From Deinococcus sp. (GTDB lineage: Bacteria > Deinococcota > Deinococci > Deinococcales > Deinococcaceae), in NCBI GenBank assembly GCA_965261005.1, contig OZ253375.1:224001-288000 (forward strand): DNA of 64,000 nucleotides, read 5' to 3'. A program made the translations under genes and the position numbers. Each line of letters starts with the position of its first letter. Position 1 is the first letter of the stretch. The notes below the pieces were generated by a model. The model did no database searches, was not told the DNA's origin, and saw nothing but the letters and a program-made list of their open reading frames with translations. Positions 31,446 to 42,506 of the stretch are shown piece after piece.

Positions 31446-33227
31446 ATGGAATACCGCAACATCGCGATTATCGCGCACGTCGACCACGGCAAGACCACCT
31501 TGGTGGACGGCTTGCTCAAGCAGACCCTCAAGCTCGGCCACGGCCAGGAGATTACCGAGCGGCAGATGGACAGCAACGCGCTGGAAAAAGAGCGCGGCAT
31601 CACCATTTTGGCCAAGAATACCGCCGTCGAGTATGCGGGCGTCAAGATCAACATCGTGGACACCCCCGGCCACGCCGACTTCGGCGGCGAGGTGGAGCGG
31701 GTTCTCGGCATGGTGGACGGCTGCTTACTCCTGGTGGACGCGGCCGAGGGGCCGATGCCGCAGACGCGCTTCGTGCTGCGCAAGGCCATTCAGCTGGGCC
31801 TCAAGCCCATCGTGGTGATCAACAAAGTTGACCGCCAAGACGCCCGCCCGGAGGAGGTCGTCAACCTCACCTTTGATCTGATGGCCGAACTCGGCGCCAA
31901 CGACGACCAGCTCGACTTCCCGATCCTCTACGCGGTCGCGCGTGAGGGCAAGGCTTACCGCAACATCGAGGACCCCCAGCCCGACATGCACGAGCTGTTT
32001 GAGACCGTGCTGGAACATATCCCCGCGCCGCAGGTGGACCTGGCCGCCCCCTTTCAGATGGTCGTGACCAACCTGGATTACTCGGAGTACTTGGGCCGCA
32101 TCGTGGTGGGGCGGGTCAGGCGCGGGCAGGTCAAAAAGGGCGAGTTCGTCAACCTGATTCACGTGGACGGCAGCATGACCAAGGTGCGCGTCACCCAGCC
32201 CTTCACCCACTTCGGCCTCCAGAGGATAGAGGCGGACGTCGTGGGCGCGGGCGACATCGTGGCGCTCTCGGGCATCGAGGACGCCATGATCGGTGAGACC
32301 GTCGCCGACTTGGCCGACCCCGAGGCGCTGCCGGTGATCACGGTGGACGAGCCGACCGTCAGCATGCTGTTTCAGCCCAATACCAGCCCCTTTTCTGGAA
32401 AAGAGGGCAAGTACGTCACCAGCCGCCACCTCAACGACCGCCTGAAAAAAGAGGTCCAGACCAACGTCAGCTTGCGCGTCGAGGAGCTGCGCCCGGACGA
32501 GTTCAAGGTCTCGGGGCGCGGCGAGCTGCACCTGTCCATCCTGCTGGAGACCATGCGCCGCGAGGGCTACGAGGTGCAGGTGGGCGCCCCGCAGGTCATC
32601 ACCCGCGAGATTGACGGCCAAAAGCACGAGCCGGTCGAACACCTGGTGATCGACGTGCCCGAGACGTTTTCCAGCAGCGTGATCGGCACCTTGTCGAGCC
32701 GCAAGGGGCAGCTGGTCAACATGGAGCCGCAGGGCAGCCGCGTACGGGTGGAGTTCAAGATTCCGTCGCGCGCCCTGTTCGGCTTTCGCACCCAGTTTCT
32801 GTCCATGACCCAGGGCGAGGGCATCATGAGCCACGTCTTCGACGGCTACGCGCCGTGGGCCGGCGACCTCAAGGCCCGTCAAAACGGCTCCCTGGTGGCG
32901 ATGGAGGCCGGCAACGCCTTTGCGTACTCGATTTGGAAGCTGCAAGACCGCGGCGACTTCTTCATCACGCCGGGCACCGACGTCTACGTGGGCATGATCG
33001 TGGGCGAGAACAGCCGCGAGCAGGACCTCAACGTGAACGTCACCAAGAACAAGAAGCTGACCAACGTGCGCTCCTCAGGGGCCGACGACGCCCTAACGCT
33101 GGTGCCGGTGCGCAAGCTGACCCTGGAGGACGCGCTGGAGTACATCAACGACGACGAGTTGGTGGAGATCACGCCGCAGAGCATCCGATTGCGCAAAAAG
33201 GTGCTTGAGCCGAACATGCGCAAGTAA
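31446..33227 (+). CDS. typA: Translational GTPase TypA/BipA
   Basis: [36 protein letters not shown]. Confidence 0.98.
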   Translation: MEYRNIAIIAHVDHGKTTLVDGLLKQTLKLGHGQEITERQMDSNALEKERGITILAKNTAVEYAGVKINIVDTPGHADFGGEVERVLGMVDGCLLLVDAAEGPMPQTRFVLRKAIQLGLKPIVVINKVDRQDARPEEVVNLTFDLMAELGANDDQLDFPILYAVAREGKAYRNIEDPQPDMHELFETVLEHIPAPQVDLAAPFQMVVTNLDYSEYLGRIVVGRVRRGQVKKGEFVNLIHVDGSMTKVRVTQPFTHFGLQRIEADVVGAGDIVALSGIEDAMIGETVADLADPEALPVITVDEPTVSMLFQPNTSPFSGKEGKYVTSRHLNDRLKKEVQTNVSLRVEELRPDEFKVSGRGELHLSILLETMRREGYEVQVGAPQVITREIDGQKHEPVEHLVIDVPETFSSSVIGTLSSRKGQLVNMEPQGSRVRVEFKIPSRALFGFRTQFLSMTQGEGIMSHVFDGYAPWAGDLKARQNGSLVAMEAGNAFAYSIWKLQDRGDFFITPGTDVYVGMIVGENSREQDLNVNVTKNKKLTNVRSSGADDALTLVPVRKLTLEDALEYINDDELVEITPQSIRLRKKVLEPNMRK

Positions 33228-33251
33228 AGAAAGACTGAGAAAGAGGCGAGG

Positions 33252-33293
33252 CGGGGACGCGCGGGCGTCCCCGCGACTTGTTTTTCCTTTTTT
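33252..33293 (+). terminator. Intrinsic terminator
   Basis: CGGGGACGC/GCGTCCCCG stem then T-rich tail. Confidence 0.7.
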
Positions 33294-33323
33294 GAGGACT
33301 TAGACTTGAGTAAGGAGTAAAGT

Positions 33324-33581
33324 ATGGGTAAGTCAACTATTACTAGTAAGGGACAGGTCACGCTTCCTGCTGGAGTCCGAACCCAACTCGGTTTGAAGCA
33401 GGGTGATCAACTGGAGTTTGAGGTGAAGGGCGAGCAGTTGAGCGTCACAATTACCAAACGGCGCAGTGCCTCGGAATTGCGTGGCTTGTTGGCAGGTGGA
33501 CCGCGCTATGTGGGCCGTCAAGCAGAGCTGGACGCCGTTGCCGAGGGTCTGGCTGAAAAGTATGTGGGAAGCGAAAAGTGA
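33324..33581 (+). CDS. AbrB/MazE-type antitoxin (VapB-like)
   Basis: STITSKGQVTLPAGVRTQLGLKQGDQLEF AbrB motif. Confidence 0.88.
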   Translation: MGKSTITSKGQVTLPAGVRTQLGLKQGDQLEFEVKGEQLSVTITKRRSASELRGLLAGGPRYVGRQAELDAVAEGLAEKYVGSEK

Positions 33582-33670
33582 CATTTGTAAAGGAGTGCGA
33601 AAGCAAAGCTGGACGACCTCGCTCGCCCGGAAAAGTTCATGAAACACGCACGAACTTTCCCGAATTCGCA
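33582..33670 (-). repeat. Truncated/degenerate copy of SRE-like MITE between antitoxin and toxin
   Basis: Minus strand starts TGCGAATTCGGGAAAGTTCGT (cf. TACGGATTCCGGAAAGT), has an internal hairpin, flanked by TGA duplicates. Confidence 0.55.
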
Positions 33671-34074
33671 TGAGGCGTGTTTGGGCCGATGCGAACCTGA
33701 TCATCCGCTTGCTCACCAACGACCCGCCAAATATGGCGACGCGCGCAGCTCATTTTATGGACCGCGCGGCGTCCGGTGAGTTTCGCTTGATGATCACGCC
33801 ACTTGTCGTGGCCGAGTGTTTTTGGGTGCTGACGCGTTTTTACCGTCAGCAAAAAGGCGAGGTCGTGGACGCTTTGCAAGCGGTGTGCTTGCAAGCGGGC
33901 ACCGAACTTTTAGAGCGCGCCGTTACCCAGACGACCTTGACGCTCATGGCCCAAAAGAACGTGGACTTCGTGGATGCTTACTTAGCCGCGCACGCCCTTA
34001 CGGCTGGTGAGGCGGTGGCAAGCTTCGACCGCGACCACCGCAAGCTGGGCGTATTGATCGAAGAAATCAGTTGA
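33670..34074 (+). CDS. PIN-domain toxin (VapC-like)
   Basis: WADANLIIR, VAEC, DFVDAY, SFDRD acidic tetrad. Confidence 0.88.
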   Translation: MRRVWADANLIIRLLTNDPPNMATRAAHFMDRAASGEFRLMITPLVVAECFWVLTRFYRQQKGEVVDALQAVCLQAGTELLERAVTQTTLTLMAQKNVDFVDAYLAAHALTAGEAVASFDRDHRKLGVLIEEIS

Positions 34075-34874
34075 TGCGCCACCTCGCTTCCCCCCAAAAC
34101 CCCGAGATCAAGGCCATCGCCCGCCTGCGGGAGCGCCGCGAGCGTCAGCGCGAGGGCCTCTTCCTGATCGAGGGCGCCCGCGAGCTGTCACGCGCCCTTG
34201 AGGCCGGCGTGCCGGTGCGAACGGTGTACGTCTGCGAGGCCCTGCTGCGCCCGGAAGGCCAGCAACTGCTCGCCCGCCTGGATGAACCGGCGTTGGGTGG
34301 GCCGGAGGTGGTGACGACCTCGCCCGCCGCCCACGCCAAGCTCTCGGCGCGCGAGAACCCGGACGGTTTGATTGGCGTGGCGTCACCTTGGGAGCGCGCT
34401 TCGCCCGAGATCACGGATCAGGCCCTCGTCTTTGTCTTGAGCGGCTTGGAAAAGCCCGGCAATGTGGGCGCGCTGCTGCGGGTGGCGGACGGGGCGGGGG
34501 TGGACGCCGCGCTGCTGACGGGGGGCGGGGTGGACCTGTATAACCCCAACGTCGTGCGGGCCAGCCAGGGCAGCGTCTTCGGGGTGCCCTGCCTGGAATT
34601 GGACGACGCGGCGGCGCTGGCGTGGCTGCGGGGGCGCGGCTTCAAGCTGGCCGCCCTGACGCCGGGGGGAGCTGTCCCCTACTGGAACGCCGACCTGGGC
34701 GGCAAGCTGGCCCTGATCCTGGGCGCCGAGCACGCCGGGGTGCCGCCATTCTGGACGGCGGCGGCGGACTTGGCGCTCTCCATTCCCATGCGCGGGGCGG
34801 CCGACAGCCTGAACGTGGCGACGGCCGGGGCGCTGGCGCTGTACGAGGCGCTGCGGCAGCGCTCGCACGTTTAG
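34074..34874 (+). CDS. TrmH/SpoU family RNA methyltransferase
   Basis: EKPGNVGALLR, LGAEHAG, IPMRGAADSLNVA. Confidence 0.93.
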   Translation: MRHLASPQNPEIKAIARLRERRERQREGLFLIEGARELSRALEAGVPVRTVYVCEALLRPEGQQLLARLDEPALGGPEVVTTSPAAHAKLSARENPDGLIGVASPWERASPEITDQALVFVLSGLEKPGNVGALLRVADGAGVDAALLTGGGVDLYNPNVVRASQGSVFGVPCLELDDAAALAWLRGRGFKLAALTPGGAVPYWNADLGGKLALILGAEHAGVPPFWTAAADLALSIPMRGAADSLNVATAGALALYEALRQRSHV

Positions 34875-35224
34875 CCGACCTGTGACAAGCTTTCCTCATT
34901 CACCTCGGCCTGCGCGCCCCACTGCGCCATCGCGCCGATGATGGCGCCCAGGCCCATGCCGCGCCCCGTCAGGGTGTATTCCACGCGCGGCGGTACCTCG
35001 GGAAACACCGCGCGGGTGACGATGCCTTGGGCCTCCAAGGTGCGCAAGCGGTCGGCCAGGGTTTTGGGCGAGATGCCGTGCAGGGCGCTTTTGAGTTCGC
35101 CGAAGCGCTTGGTGCCGCCCAACAATTCCCGCAAGACCAGGGTGGTCCACTTGGCCCCGATCACCTCCAAGGTTCGCTCCACGGCGCAGTCCGGCTCGGC
35201 GTTGAGTGGTTGTGTGTGTCGCAT
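34871..35224 (-). CDS. HxlR family wHTH regulator
   Basis: CAVERTLEVIGAKW, PEVPPRVEYTLT. Confidence 0.9.
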   Translation of the reverse strand: MRHTQPLNAEPDCAVERTLEVIGAKWTTLVLRELLGGTKRFGELKSALHGISPKTLADRLRTLEAQGIVTRAVFPEVPPRVEYTLTGRGMGLGAIIGAMAQWGAQAEVNEESLSQVG

Positions 35225-35362
35225 GCGCACAAGCTAGCACTTTCTGGGCGGGAACCAAGTCGGCCGCACGCCATTACTTTCCGAAGGGAAGCTTAAGCTC
35301 TAGAGTGTGGGCGTGACCGTCAAGACCAGTCCATCCAAAATGAGTGAATCAGGAGTTCGGCC

Positions 35363-35998
35363 GTGAACCTCGCCGTCTTTGGCGCGACCGGCCGCACGGG
35401 GCGCCACGTGGTCGAACAGGCCCTGGCGGGCGGCCACCGGGTGAGCGCCCTCGTCCGTGACGAGGGCAAGCTGCCCACCAAGCACGAACGTCTGCGTGTG
35501 GTGGTCGGCGACGCGCTGGACGGGGGCAAGGTGGAGGAGGCCCTGCGCGGCCAGGGGGCCGCCATCGTCGCCCTGGGGCCGGTGAAGGGTGGCCCCGACG
35601 ATCTGCTGGAGCGCGCCAGCGAGAACATCGTGCGCGCGGCAAAGGCGACCGGCGTGCGGCGCCTGATCGCCGAGGGCGGGGCCGGCATGCGGGTGGAGGA
35701 GGACGCCCCCGGCTTCGGCAGCAAGCTGATGTCGGGCCTGGTCGGTTTGATGATCCCCAAGCAGGTACACGACAAGCGCCGCCAAATGGAGATCATGCGG
35801 GGCAGCGGCCTGGAATGGGCGGTCGTGCGCGCCCCGGTGCTGACCGACGGCCCCCTCACCTCCACTTACCGCCTGGGCTTTCCCAACCTGGGTCCTGGCG
35901 CCAAAATCTCGCGCGCCGACATCGCCCACGCCATGTTGAACTTGGCGACGATGGAAGACAGCCCTTGGCTGGGTCAGGCGCCGGCCATTCGGTATTGA
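35363..35998 (+). CDS. NAD(P)H-binding oxidoreductase (flavin/biliverdin reductase-like)
   Basis: VFGATGRTG, SGLEWAVVR, ISRADIA. Confidence 0.88.
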   Translation: MNLAVFGATGRTGRHVVEQALAGGHRVSALVRDEGKLPTKHERLRVVVGDALDGGKVEEALRGQGAAIVALGPVKGGPDDLLERASENIVRAAKATGVRRLIAEGGAGMRVEEDAPGFGSKLMSGLVGLMIPKQVHDKRRQMEIMRGSGLEWAVVRAPVLTDGPLTSTYRLGFPNLGPGAKISRADIAHAMLNLATMEDSPWLGQAPAIRY

Positions 35999-36024
35999 AC
36001 CCGGTATTGAGTATGGAGAACAGC

Positions 36025-36657
36025 ATGCGAGTTGACGTGTTCGCGGACGTGGTTTGCCCGTTTTGCTATATCGGTTTGGAGCGCCTGTCCAAGCTGGCCG
36101 CCGACGAGGGGCTGAGCGTGCGCTGGGCGCCGTTTCAGCTGCGCCCCGAGATGGCGCCCTCGGGTGAGGCGTGGCGTCCCTTCGCGTTGGAGAAGTTCGG
36201 CGGCGAGGGCGGCATGCAGGCCGCCTTTGCCCACTTGGAAAATTATGCCTGCGACGACGGGGTGTGCTTCCGCTTCGATCGCGTCGCCAGCGCGCCCAAC
36301 ACCGTGGACGCCCACCGCGTCATCCTGCGCGCCCAGCAGCGTGACCTCGGCGTGCCGGTCGCCATGAGCCTGATGAAGGGCTACTTCGAGGAGGGCGCCG
36401 AGCTGCGCGACGCACAGGTCTTGGCCGCTCTGGCGGGGCGCGGCGGCTTGCCGGCGGACGAGGTGCGAACGTTGCTCGCCGGCGACGACCTGAAGAAGGA
36501 AGTGCGGCGAAGCCAAACGCTCGCCTACCAAAGCGGCGTGCAGGGCGTGCCGTTCTACGTGCTCGGCGGGCAGTACGCCCTGTCCGGCGCCCAGCCCACG
36601 GAGACCATGCGCGCGGCGCTGGCCTGGGCGCGCGAGCAGGGCGCCGTCAGCCCCTAA
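36025..36657 (+). CDS. FrnE-like DsbA family oxidoreductase
   Basis: FADVVCPFCYIG, PFQLRP, PNTVDAHR, GVQGVPFY, SGAQP; alternative start at 36013. Confidence 0.88.
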   Translation: MRVDVFADVVCPFCYIGLERLSKLAADEGLSVRWAPFQLRPEMAPSGEAWRPFALEKFGGEGGMQAAFAHLENYACDDGVCFRFDRVASAPNTVDAHRVILRAQQRDLGVPVAMSLMKGYFEEGAELRDAQVLAALAGRGGLPADEVRTLLAGDDLKKEVRRSQTLAYQSGVQGVPFYVLGGQYALSGAQPTETMRAALAWAREQGAVSP

Positions 36658-38225
36658 GCCTTCTGTGCGCCCCGTCCCAGCATGGCCGCGATGCCCGCGA
36701 GCGGCACCCGCAGCCAGTCGGGGCGGTTGCGCAGCTCGTAACGCACCTCGTAGAGGGCTTTTTCCAGCTCGAACGCGCGCAGAGCGTGGTCGAACGTCTC
36801 GTCGTCCCGCGGGGCGATGTTGTGCAGCGCGCGGGCGACCTCGGCGCGGTAAGCGTCCAGAAAAGCCCCCCGCGCCCCCTGCTCCCAGCGTCGCGACAGC
36901 GGACGCGCCGCCTCGCGCTCCTTCCCTGGCAGCGCGAACAGGCTGGCCGCCGCCGCGTAGGACAGCGAGCGCAGCAGGCCCGCCACGTCGCGCAGCGCCG
37001 GATGTTTGGCCCGGCGCTCGGGGAGCGGGCGCGCCGGCTCGCCCTCGAAGTCGAGGACGATGAAGTCGCCCGCGCTCACCAGCACCTGGCCCAGGTGGTA
37101 GTCGCCGTGATGGCGAATCTTGACCGTGTCCTCCACGAGGGCGTCCAGCCCCCGCGCCGAGTCCTTCAGCGCGCCGCGGCGGTCCAGCACCTCGCGCTTC
37201 AGGTCATCTGTTCCCTCGCCGACCTCGCTTTCCTCCAGCAGCCTCAGCGTCTCGTCCGCCTCGCGCCCGATCTGACTTGTCCAGCGCCGGGCGTCCCCCT
37301 CCGTCACTGCCTCCGGAGCGAAGTCCGGCCCCTCTCCCCCTGCGAGCGCCACGTGCAGCCCGCCCGTCACCTGCCCCAGGCGCCGCGCGTCGTTCAGCAA
37401 GTCCGCCATCACGCCCTCCGGGTCCCCTTGGTATAACTCGTTCAGGCGGTACAGGGTGTACGGCCAAGCGTCCCCCTCGTTCGGCACGAAGGTTTGCAGC
37501 GCCGCGAGGGCCGTCACCTCTCCACTCGGGTTATTTTCGGCCGGCCCGCCCTCGACGTGGCCGGCCACCAGCGGCACGTTGCGAAAGTCGGTCTGCTCGG
37601 TCAGAAAGCGCAGCACCTCCAGGTCGGGGTTGGGGCCGTGTTCCAAGCGGCGAAACAGCTTGAGGATAAAGGCGTCGCCGTAGATCACCGACGAGTTGCT
37701 CTGCTCGGAGGCGACCACCCGCACCCGCTCGCGCGGATTCTTTTCGGCGGCCACCCGACCGAACACCTCGTTGTGGACGAAGCGCAGCTGACCCCCTGGC
37801 CCGGTCAGGGTCGCCTGCGCCGCCAGCAAGGCATACAGGTTCTGGGCGAAATCTGTGTCCAGCAGGGCGTCCACGGCCAGCAGCCGCCCGTCCCCAGTGT
37901 CCAGCGCGAACATCACGTCCGCCTCGCCGCGCGCCCCCCCCGGCAAGTCCGTTTCCGGGCTGAGCGCGATGGGCAGCGCGTAGCGCTCAAAGCTTCCGTC
38001 TTGGTAAGTGATGTTGACCAGGGCGTACCAATGCCGGGCCGAGCCGTAGGGCGGCAGCGCGTAGGCCGCTTCCAAGTTCAGGCTCTCGATGGGCCGGCCC
38101 TTGCCGCCGTACCAGCGCCGGGCGTTCAGGTAGGCGTGCGGCAGGCCGGCGACGGCCCCTTCCAACGCCCCGCGCACGTCCGCCTCGTCAAAACCTTCCA
38201 CCGGCCATACCGGAAACCCGGACAT
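36654..38225 (-). CDS. mak: Maltokinase (Mak/Pep2)
   Basis: RRWYGGKG, SEQSNSS, RHHGDYHLGQVL, DFEGEP, EKALYE; coupled to glgE. Confidence 0.85.
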   Translation of the reverse strand: MSGFPVWPVEGFDEADVRGALEGAVAGLPHAYLNARRWYGGKGRPIESLNLEAAYALPPYGSARHWYALVNITYQDGSFERYALPIALSPETDLPGGARGEADVMFALDTGDGRLLAVDALLDTDFAQNLYALLAAQATLTGPGGQLRFVHNEVFGRVAAEKNPRERVRVVASEQSNSSVIYGDAFILKLFRRLEHGPNPDLEVLRFLTEQTDFRNVPLVAGHVEGGPAENNPSGEVTALAALQTFVPNEGDAWPYTLYRLNELYQGDPEGVMADLLNDARRLGQVTGGLHVALAGGEGPDFAPEAVTEGDARRWTSQIGREADETLRLLEESEVGEGTDDLKREVLDRRGALKDSARGLDALVEDTVKIRHHGDYHLGQVLVSAGDFIVLDFEGEPARPLPERRAKHPALRDVAGLLRSLSYAAAASLFALPGKEREAARPLSRRWEQGARGAFLDAYRAEVARALHNIAPRDDETFDHALRAFELEKALYEVRYELRNRPDWLRVPLAGIAAMLGRGAQKA

Positions 38226-40264
38226 CAGGGCCGCTCCAGCTTCAAGATGTGGCCGGGCACGCCGTGAGGATCGAGCCGCACGTAGTTCCACTCGCCGCTC
38301 CAGCGGTAAGTCGCGCCGCTCAACAGGTCGCGCACGCTGTAAGGCCGCTCATACTCCACCCCCAACTGCCACAGCGGGAGGCGAACCCACCCTTCCTGCG
38401 GCGCGTGCGGATCCAGGCTGACCACGCACACGATCACGTCGTCGCCGAGGACCTTGGTGTAGGCGATGATCTGGTCGCTGCTGGTCTCCAGAAAACTCAG
38501 GTTGTCGTACTCCTGGAGGGCCGGCTCGTCCCGCCGAACCCGGTTCACCCGCGTGATCAGGTCCACCAGGTTGCCCGGCGCGTTCCAGTCGTAGGTCCTG
38601 AGCTGGTACTTCTCGTTGTTGTTGTACTCCTCCTTGCCGGGAAAGGGGTCGTTGTCGCCCACCTCGTAGCCCGAGTAGATGCCGTACACGCTCGACAAGG
38701 TGGCCGCCAGCAAAAAGCGGATGCGGAACTTGCCCAGGCCCCCTTCCACCAACTCGTCGGTCAGGATGTCAGGGGTGTTGGGCCACAAGTTGGCGCGGTA
38801 GTACTCCCGCTTTTCGCCCTGGGTCAGCTCGGTGAAGTAGTCTTCCAATTCCGGCTTGGTCGTGCGCCACGTGAAGTAGCTGTAGGACTGGGTGAAGCCC
38901 ACCTTGGCGAGGCGTTCCATCACGCGCGGGCGGGTGAAGGCCTCGGCCAGGAAGATGGTCTCAGGGTGGCGCGCCTTGATCCGGTTCAGCGCCCAGTCCC
39001 AAAAGTTGAGCGCCTTGGTGTGCGGGTTGTCCACCCGGAAGGTCTTCACGCCCTGCCCGATCCAGAACTCGAAGGTCGCCTCCAGCTCCAACCACAGGCT
39101 CTCGGCCTCCGTCCCGAAGAAGTTGATGGGGTAGATGTCCTCGTACTTCTTGGGCGGGTTCTCGGCGTACTTGATGTGGCCGTCCGGCAGCACGAAGAAG
39201 TAGCCGGGATGGTCCTTCACCCAGGGATGGTCGGGCGACGCCTGAATGGCGAAGTCAATGGCGACCTCGATGCCGCGCTCCCCGGCCGCCGCGATCAGCG
39301 CGCGAAAGTCCTCCAGCGTGCCCAGCTCCGGGTGAACGGCGGTGTGCCCGCCCCCCGCCGCGCCGATGGCCCACGGCGAGCCGGGGTCCCCCTCGCCCGC
39401 CACCAGGCTGTTGTTGCGGCCCTTGCGGTTGGTGCGCCCGATGGGGTGGATGGGCGGCAGGTAGAGGGTGTCGAAGCCCATCGCGGCGATTCTGGGCAGT
39501 TCCCCGATCACGTCGCGGAAGGTGCCGTGCCGCCCGCTCTCGCCGTAGGAGCGCGGAAACAGCTCGTACCACGCCGCGAAGCGCGCCTTTACCCGGTCCA
39601 CCACCACCTCCAGCACCCGGTCGTAGACGTTCTGATTCGAGCGGTTGGCCAATATCCGCATCAAGTCGAACAGCCCCGAATCGAGGGCCAGCTTGGAGCC
39701 GGCACTGGGGTCGCCGGCCGCCTTGATTTTTTTCAGGTGCGCGTCGAGCGTCTTTTTCTGCGCGGCGCTCCCGCGTTCACGCGCCGCCTCGATCAGCCGC
39801 ACGCCCTCCAGATACTCGGAGGCCACGTCCTGCGCCGCTTCCAAGCGCTTGCCCATGTCGCGGCGCCAGGTGGCGAAGTCGTCCGACCACGCCTCCAGGG
39901 TGTACTCGTAGCGGCCGAGCTGCTCCAGCGGAACCTCGCCGGCCCAGCGGTCGTTGTCCAGGTAGACCATCGGCGCCTCGCGCCAAGCCGCCTCCCCCTT
40001 CGCGCGGTACAGCACGGCCGCGTTTAGGACGTCCTGGTTGTCGCGGAAGATGTCGGCCTCGACCGCCAGCCGGTCGCCCACCTCGCGCTTGACCGGCCAG
40101 CGGCCCCCGTCGAGTTCCGGCGTGACGTGCTCGATGGCGATGCGGTCGGCGCGCCGGACCACGCCCTGAAGGCTGGCCGCCTTGACGGTTTTGGCGGCCC
40201 CCTTGGTCGGGCGGGGTTGGGCGGTCGGCGCGTCTTTCGTGGCTGCCTTGGTGTTCTCGGTCAT
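38225..40264 (-). CDS. glgE: Alpha-1,4-glucan:maltose-1-phosphate maltosyltransferase
   Basis: WYELFPRS, AENPPKKYEDIYP, FRVDNPHTK, NTPDIL. Confidence 0.95.
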   Translation of the reverse strand: MTENTKAATKDAPTAQPRPTKGAAKTVKAASLQGVVRRADRIAIEHVTPELDGGRWPVKREVGDRLAVEADIFRDNQDVLNAAVLYRAKGEAAWREAPMVYLDNDRWAGEVPLEQLGRYEYTLEAWSDDFATWRRDMGKRLEAAQDVASEYLEGVRLIEAARERGSAAQKKTLDAHLKKIKAAGDPSAGSKLALDSGLFDLMRILANRSNQNVYDRVLEVVVDRVKARFAAWYELFPRSYGESGRHGTFRDVIGELPRIAAMGFDTLYLPPIHPIGRTNRKGRNNSLVAGEGDPGSPWAIGAAGGGHTAVHPELGTLEDFRALIAAAGERGIEVAIDFAIQASPDHPWVKDHPGYFFVLPDGHIKYAENPPKKYEDIYPINFFGTEAESLWLELEATFEFWIGQGVKTFRVDNPHTKALNFWDWALNRIKARHPETIFLAEAFTRPRVMERLAKVGFTQSYSYFTWRTTKPELEDYFTELTQGEKREYYRANLWPNTPDILTDELVEGGLGKFRIRFLLAATLSSVYGIYSGYEVGDNDPFPGKEEYNNNEKYQLRTYDWNAPGNLVDLITRVNRVRRDEPALQEYDNLSFLETSSDQIIAYTKVLGDDVIVCVVSLDPHAPQEGWVRLPLWQLGVEYERPYSVRDLLSGATYRWSGEWNYVRLDPHGVPGHILKLERP

Positions 40265-40429
40265 AGGTTCCTCCTGATTCACCTGTTCAGCCTAATGAGG
40301 GGTTGTAAAGGACTTGTGTGCGGGGCCTGAATGGCGGGTCAAGGCGGCGGCGCCGCGCTTTGCGGTTTACACTATTCGGGTTCGGGGCAAAAGCGAAACC
40401 CAGCGCCGCGCCGCTCTCAGGAGGTCGCC

Positions 40430-41668
40430 ATGAAAAAACGCGTTCTCGGCATGATTCTCGCCGGCGGGCAAGGCACCCGCCTGTCCCCCCTCACCCAGAA
40501 GCGCTCCAAGCCGGCCGTGCCCTTTGGCAGCAAGTACCGCATCATCGACTTCGCGCTCAACAACTTCATCAACTCGGAAATCTACTCGATCTACGTGCTG
40601 ATCCAGTTCAAGGCCCAAAGCCTGACCGAGCACATCCAGCGCGGTTGGCGCTTCGGGGCGTTCCTCAGCGACTACTTCATCACCCTGGTCCCGGCGCAGA
40701 TGTACCGCTACGAGGAGCTGGGGCCGGTGTGGTACCGCGGCACTGCCGACGCGGTCTACCAGAACTTGCACCTGATCGACAACTACGAGGCCGATTACGT
40801 CGCTATCTTCTCGGGCGACCACATCTACAAGATGAACGTGGCGCACATGCTCGACCAGCACCGCGACAGCCGCGCCGATCTCACCATCGCCTCGTATCCC
40901 ATGCCCGCCGCCGACTCTAAGCGCTTCGGCGTGGTCACCACCGACGAGCGCGGGCGCATCACCGACTTCCTGGAAAAGCCCGACCCGAGCAGCTTGCCCG
41001 GCAATCCCGACACGGTGCAGACCAGCATGGGCAACTACATCTTTTCGCGCTCGGCTTTGGAGGAGCTGCTCGAAACTAACGTGCGCGACGACGAGCAGGG
41101 CTACGACTTCGGCAAGGACATCATCCCGCGCGCCATCAAGGACGGCTACAGCGTGATGGCCTACGACTTTCACAAAAACCCGATTCCCGGCCAAACGGCG
41201 GCCAACACCTATTGGCGCGACGTGGGCACGCTCGACGCCTACTACGAGGCCAACATGGACCTGGTCTCGGTCAGCCCCGAGTTCGACCTCTACAACCCCG
41301 AGTGGCCGCTGCGCACCGCCGCCGAGTTCAGCCCACCCACCAAGTTCGTCCACGAAACCGAGAACCGGCGCGGCCAAGCCTTTAACTCGCTGCTGGCCGG
41401 CGGCGCCATCGTCTCGGGCGGCACGGTGCGCGACAGCGTGTTGTCGCGCCGGGTGCGGACGCACTCCTACTCCTTGGTCGAGGCCTCGGTCCTGTTCGAG
41501 AACGTCGAGGTCGGCCGCCACGCCCACGTTCGCAACGCCATCGTGGACAAGGACGTCAGCATTCCCAACGGCTTCGCGGTCGGCGTGGACTTGGAGGAGG
41601 ACCGGGCGCGCGGCTTCACCGTCACCGAGAACGGCGTCGTGGTGGTGCCGAAAAGCTACAACTTCTAG
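40430..41668 (+). CDS. glgC: Glucose-1-phosphate adenylyltransferase
   Basis: [37 protein letters not shown]. Confidence 0.97.
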   Translation: MKKRVLGMILAGGQGTRLSPLTQKRSKPAVPFGSKYRIIDFALNNFINSEIYSIYVLIQFKAQSLTEHIQRGWRFGAFLSDYFITLVPAQMYRYEELGPVWYRGTADAVYQNLHLIDNYEADYVAIFSGDHIYKMNVAHMLDQHRDSRADLTIASYPMPAADSKRFGVVTTDERGRITDFLEKPDPSSLPGNPDTVQTSMGNYIFSRSALEELLETNVRDDEQGYDFGKDIIPRAIKDGYSVMAYDFHKNPIPGQTAANTYWRDVGTLDAYYEANMDLVSVSPEFDLYNPEWPLRTAAEFSPPTKFVHETENRRGQAFNSLLAGGAIVSGGTVRDSVLSRRVRTHSYSLVEASVLFENVEVGRHAHVRNAIVDKDVSIPNGFAVGVDLEEDRARGFTVTENGVVVVPKSYNF

Positions 41669-41669
41669 T

Positions 41670-41705
41670 CCCCCCTCCCGGCCTCCCCCACAAGGGGGGA
41701 GGGGT
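41670..41705. repeat. REP-like palindromic repeat
   Basis: CCCCCTCCCGGCCTCCCCCACAAGGGGGGAGGGG, related to 1881-1917. Confidence 0.55.
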
Positions 41706-41729
41706 TCTGAAAGCTGATAGCTTTCCCTG

Positions 41730-42487
41730 GTGCCTGGCCCCGAAGTCCTGCTCTACGGCGTCCCGCTCGCCTTTCTGGCCGGCTTCGTGGACGCCATCGC
41801 GGGCGGGGGCGGGGTCATCACCCTGCCGACCCTGTACTTCATGGGCCTCGCCCCGGCGCAGGTGGTGGCGACCAACAAGCTGCTCGCCATCTTCGGCTCG
41901 ACCAGCGCCTCGCTCTCCTTTTGGCGGCGGGGCTGGGTGGACAAAGCGCTGCTGCTGCGCCTCGCCCCGCTGGCCCTCCTCGGCAGCGCGCTGGGGGCGC
42001 ACCTCGTGCTGGGCTTCAGGAACGACGCGGCCTTTCGCACCATCGTCGCCGGCCTGATCTTGCTGGTGGGCCTGCTGGTCGTCACCAACAAGAAGCTCGG
42101 CTCTGAAAACCGCTACGCCGGCCTGAACGCGCGCACGCTGAGCGTTGGCCTGCTCGCCGCCCTCGCCATCGGCGTATACGACGGCTTTTTCGGTCCCGGC
42201 ACCGGCACCTTTTTGATGTTCGTGTTCGTGCGCTTTCTGCGCTTCGACTTCGTGACGGGGAGCGGCAACGCCCGCGTGGTCAACTTCGTGACCAACGCGG
42301 GCGCCTTTGTCACCTTCCTGCTGTCCGGGGCGATGGTGTGGTGGATTGGTTGCCGATGGGGGTGGCCAACGCGCTGGGGGCCGCCCTGGGGGCGCGCATG
42401 GCGATGTTGCGCGGCAGCGCCTTTGTGCGGGTGGTGTACGTGGGTATCGTGCTGCTGGTGGTGGGACGGCTGTTGCTGGCGCGCTGA
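41730..42487 (+). pseudogene. TSUP (TauE/SafE, YfcA-like) transporter with apparent 1-nt frameshift near 42350
   Basis: [26 protein letters not shown]; the expected C-terminus [18 protein letters not shown]... continues in the -1 frame to TGA 42485-87. Confidence 0.7.
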
Positions 42488-42506
42488 GCGGGGTATCCTG
42501 CGCGGC

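Noticed and set aside
35990..36010. CGGTATTGA direct repeat at the end of the oxidoreductase gene
   Set aside because: Short local duplication of the stop-codon region with no supporting context
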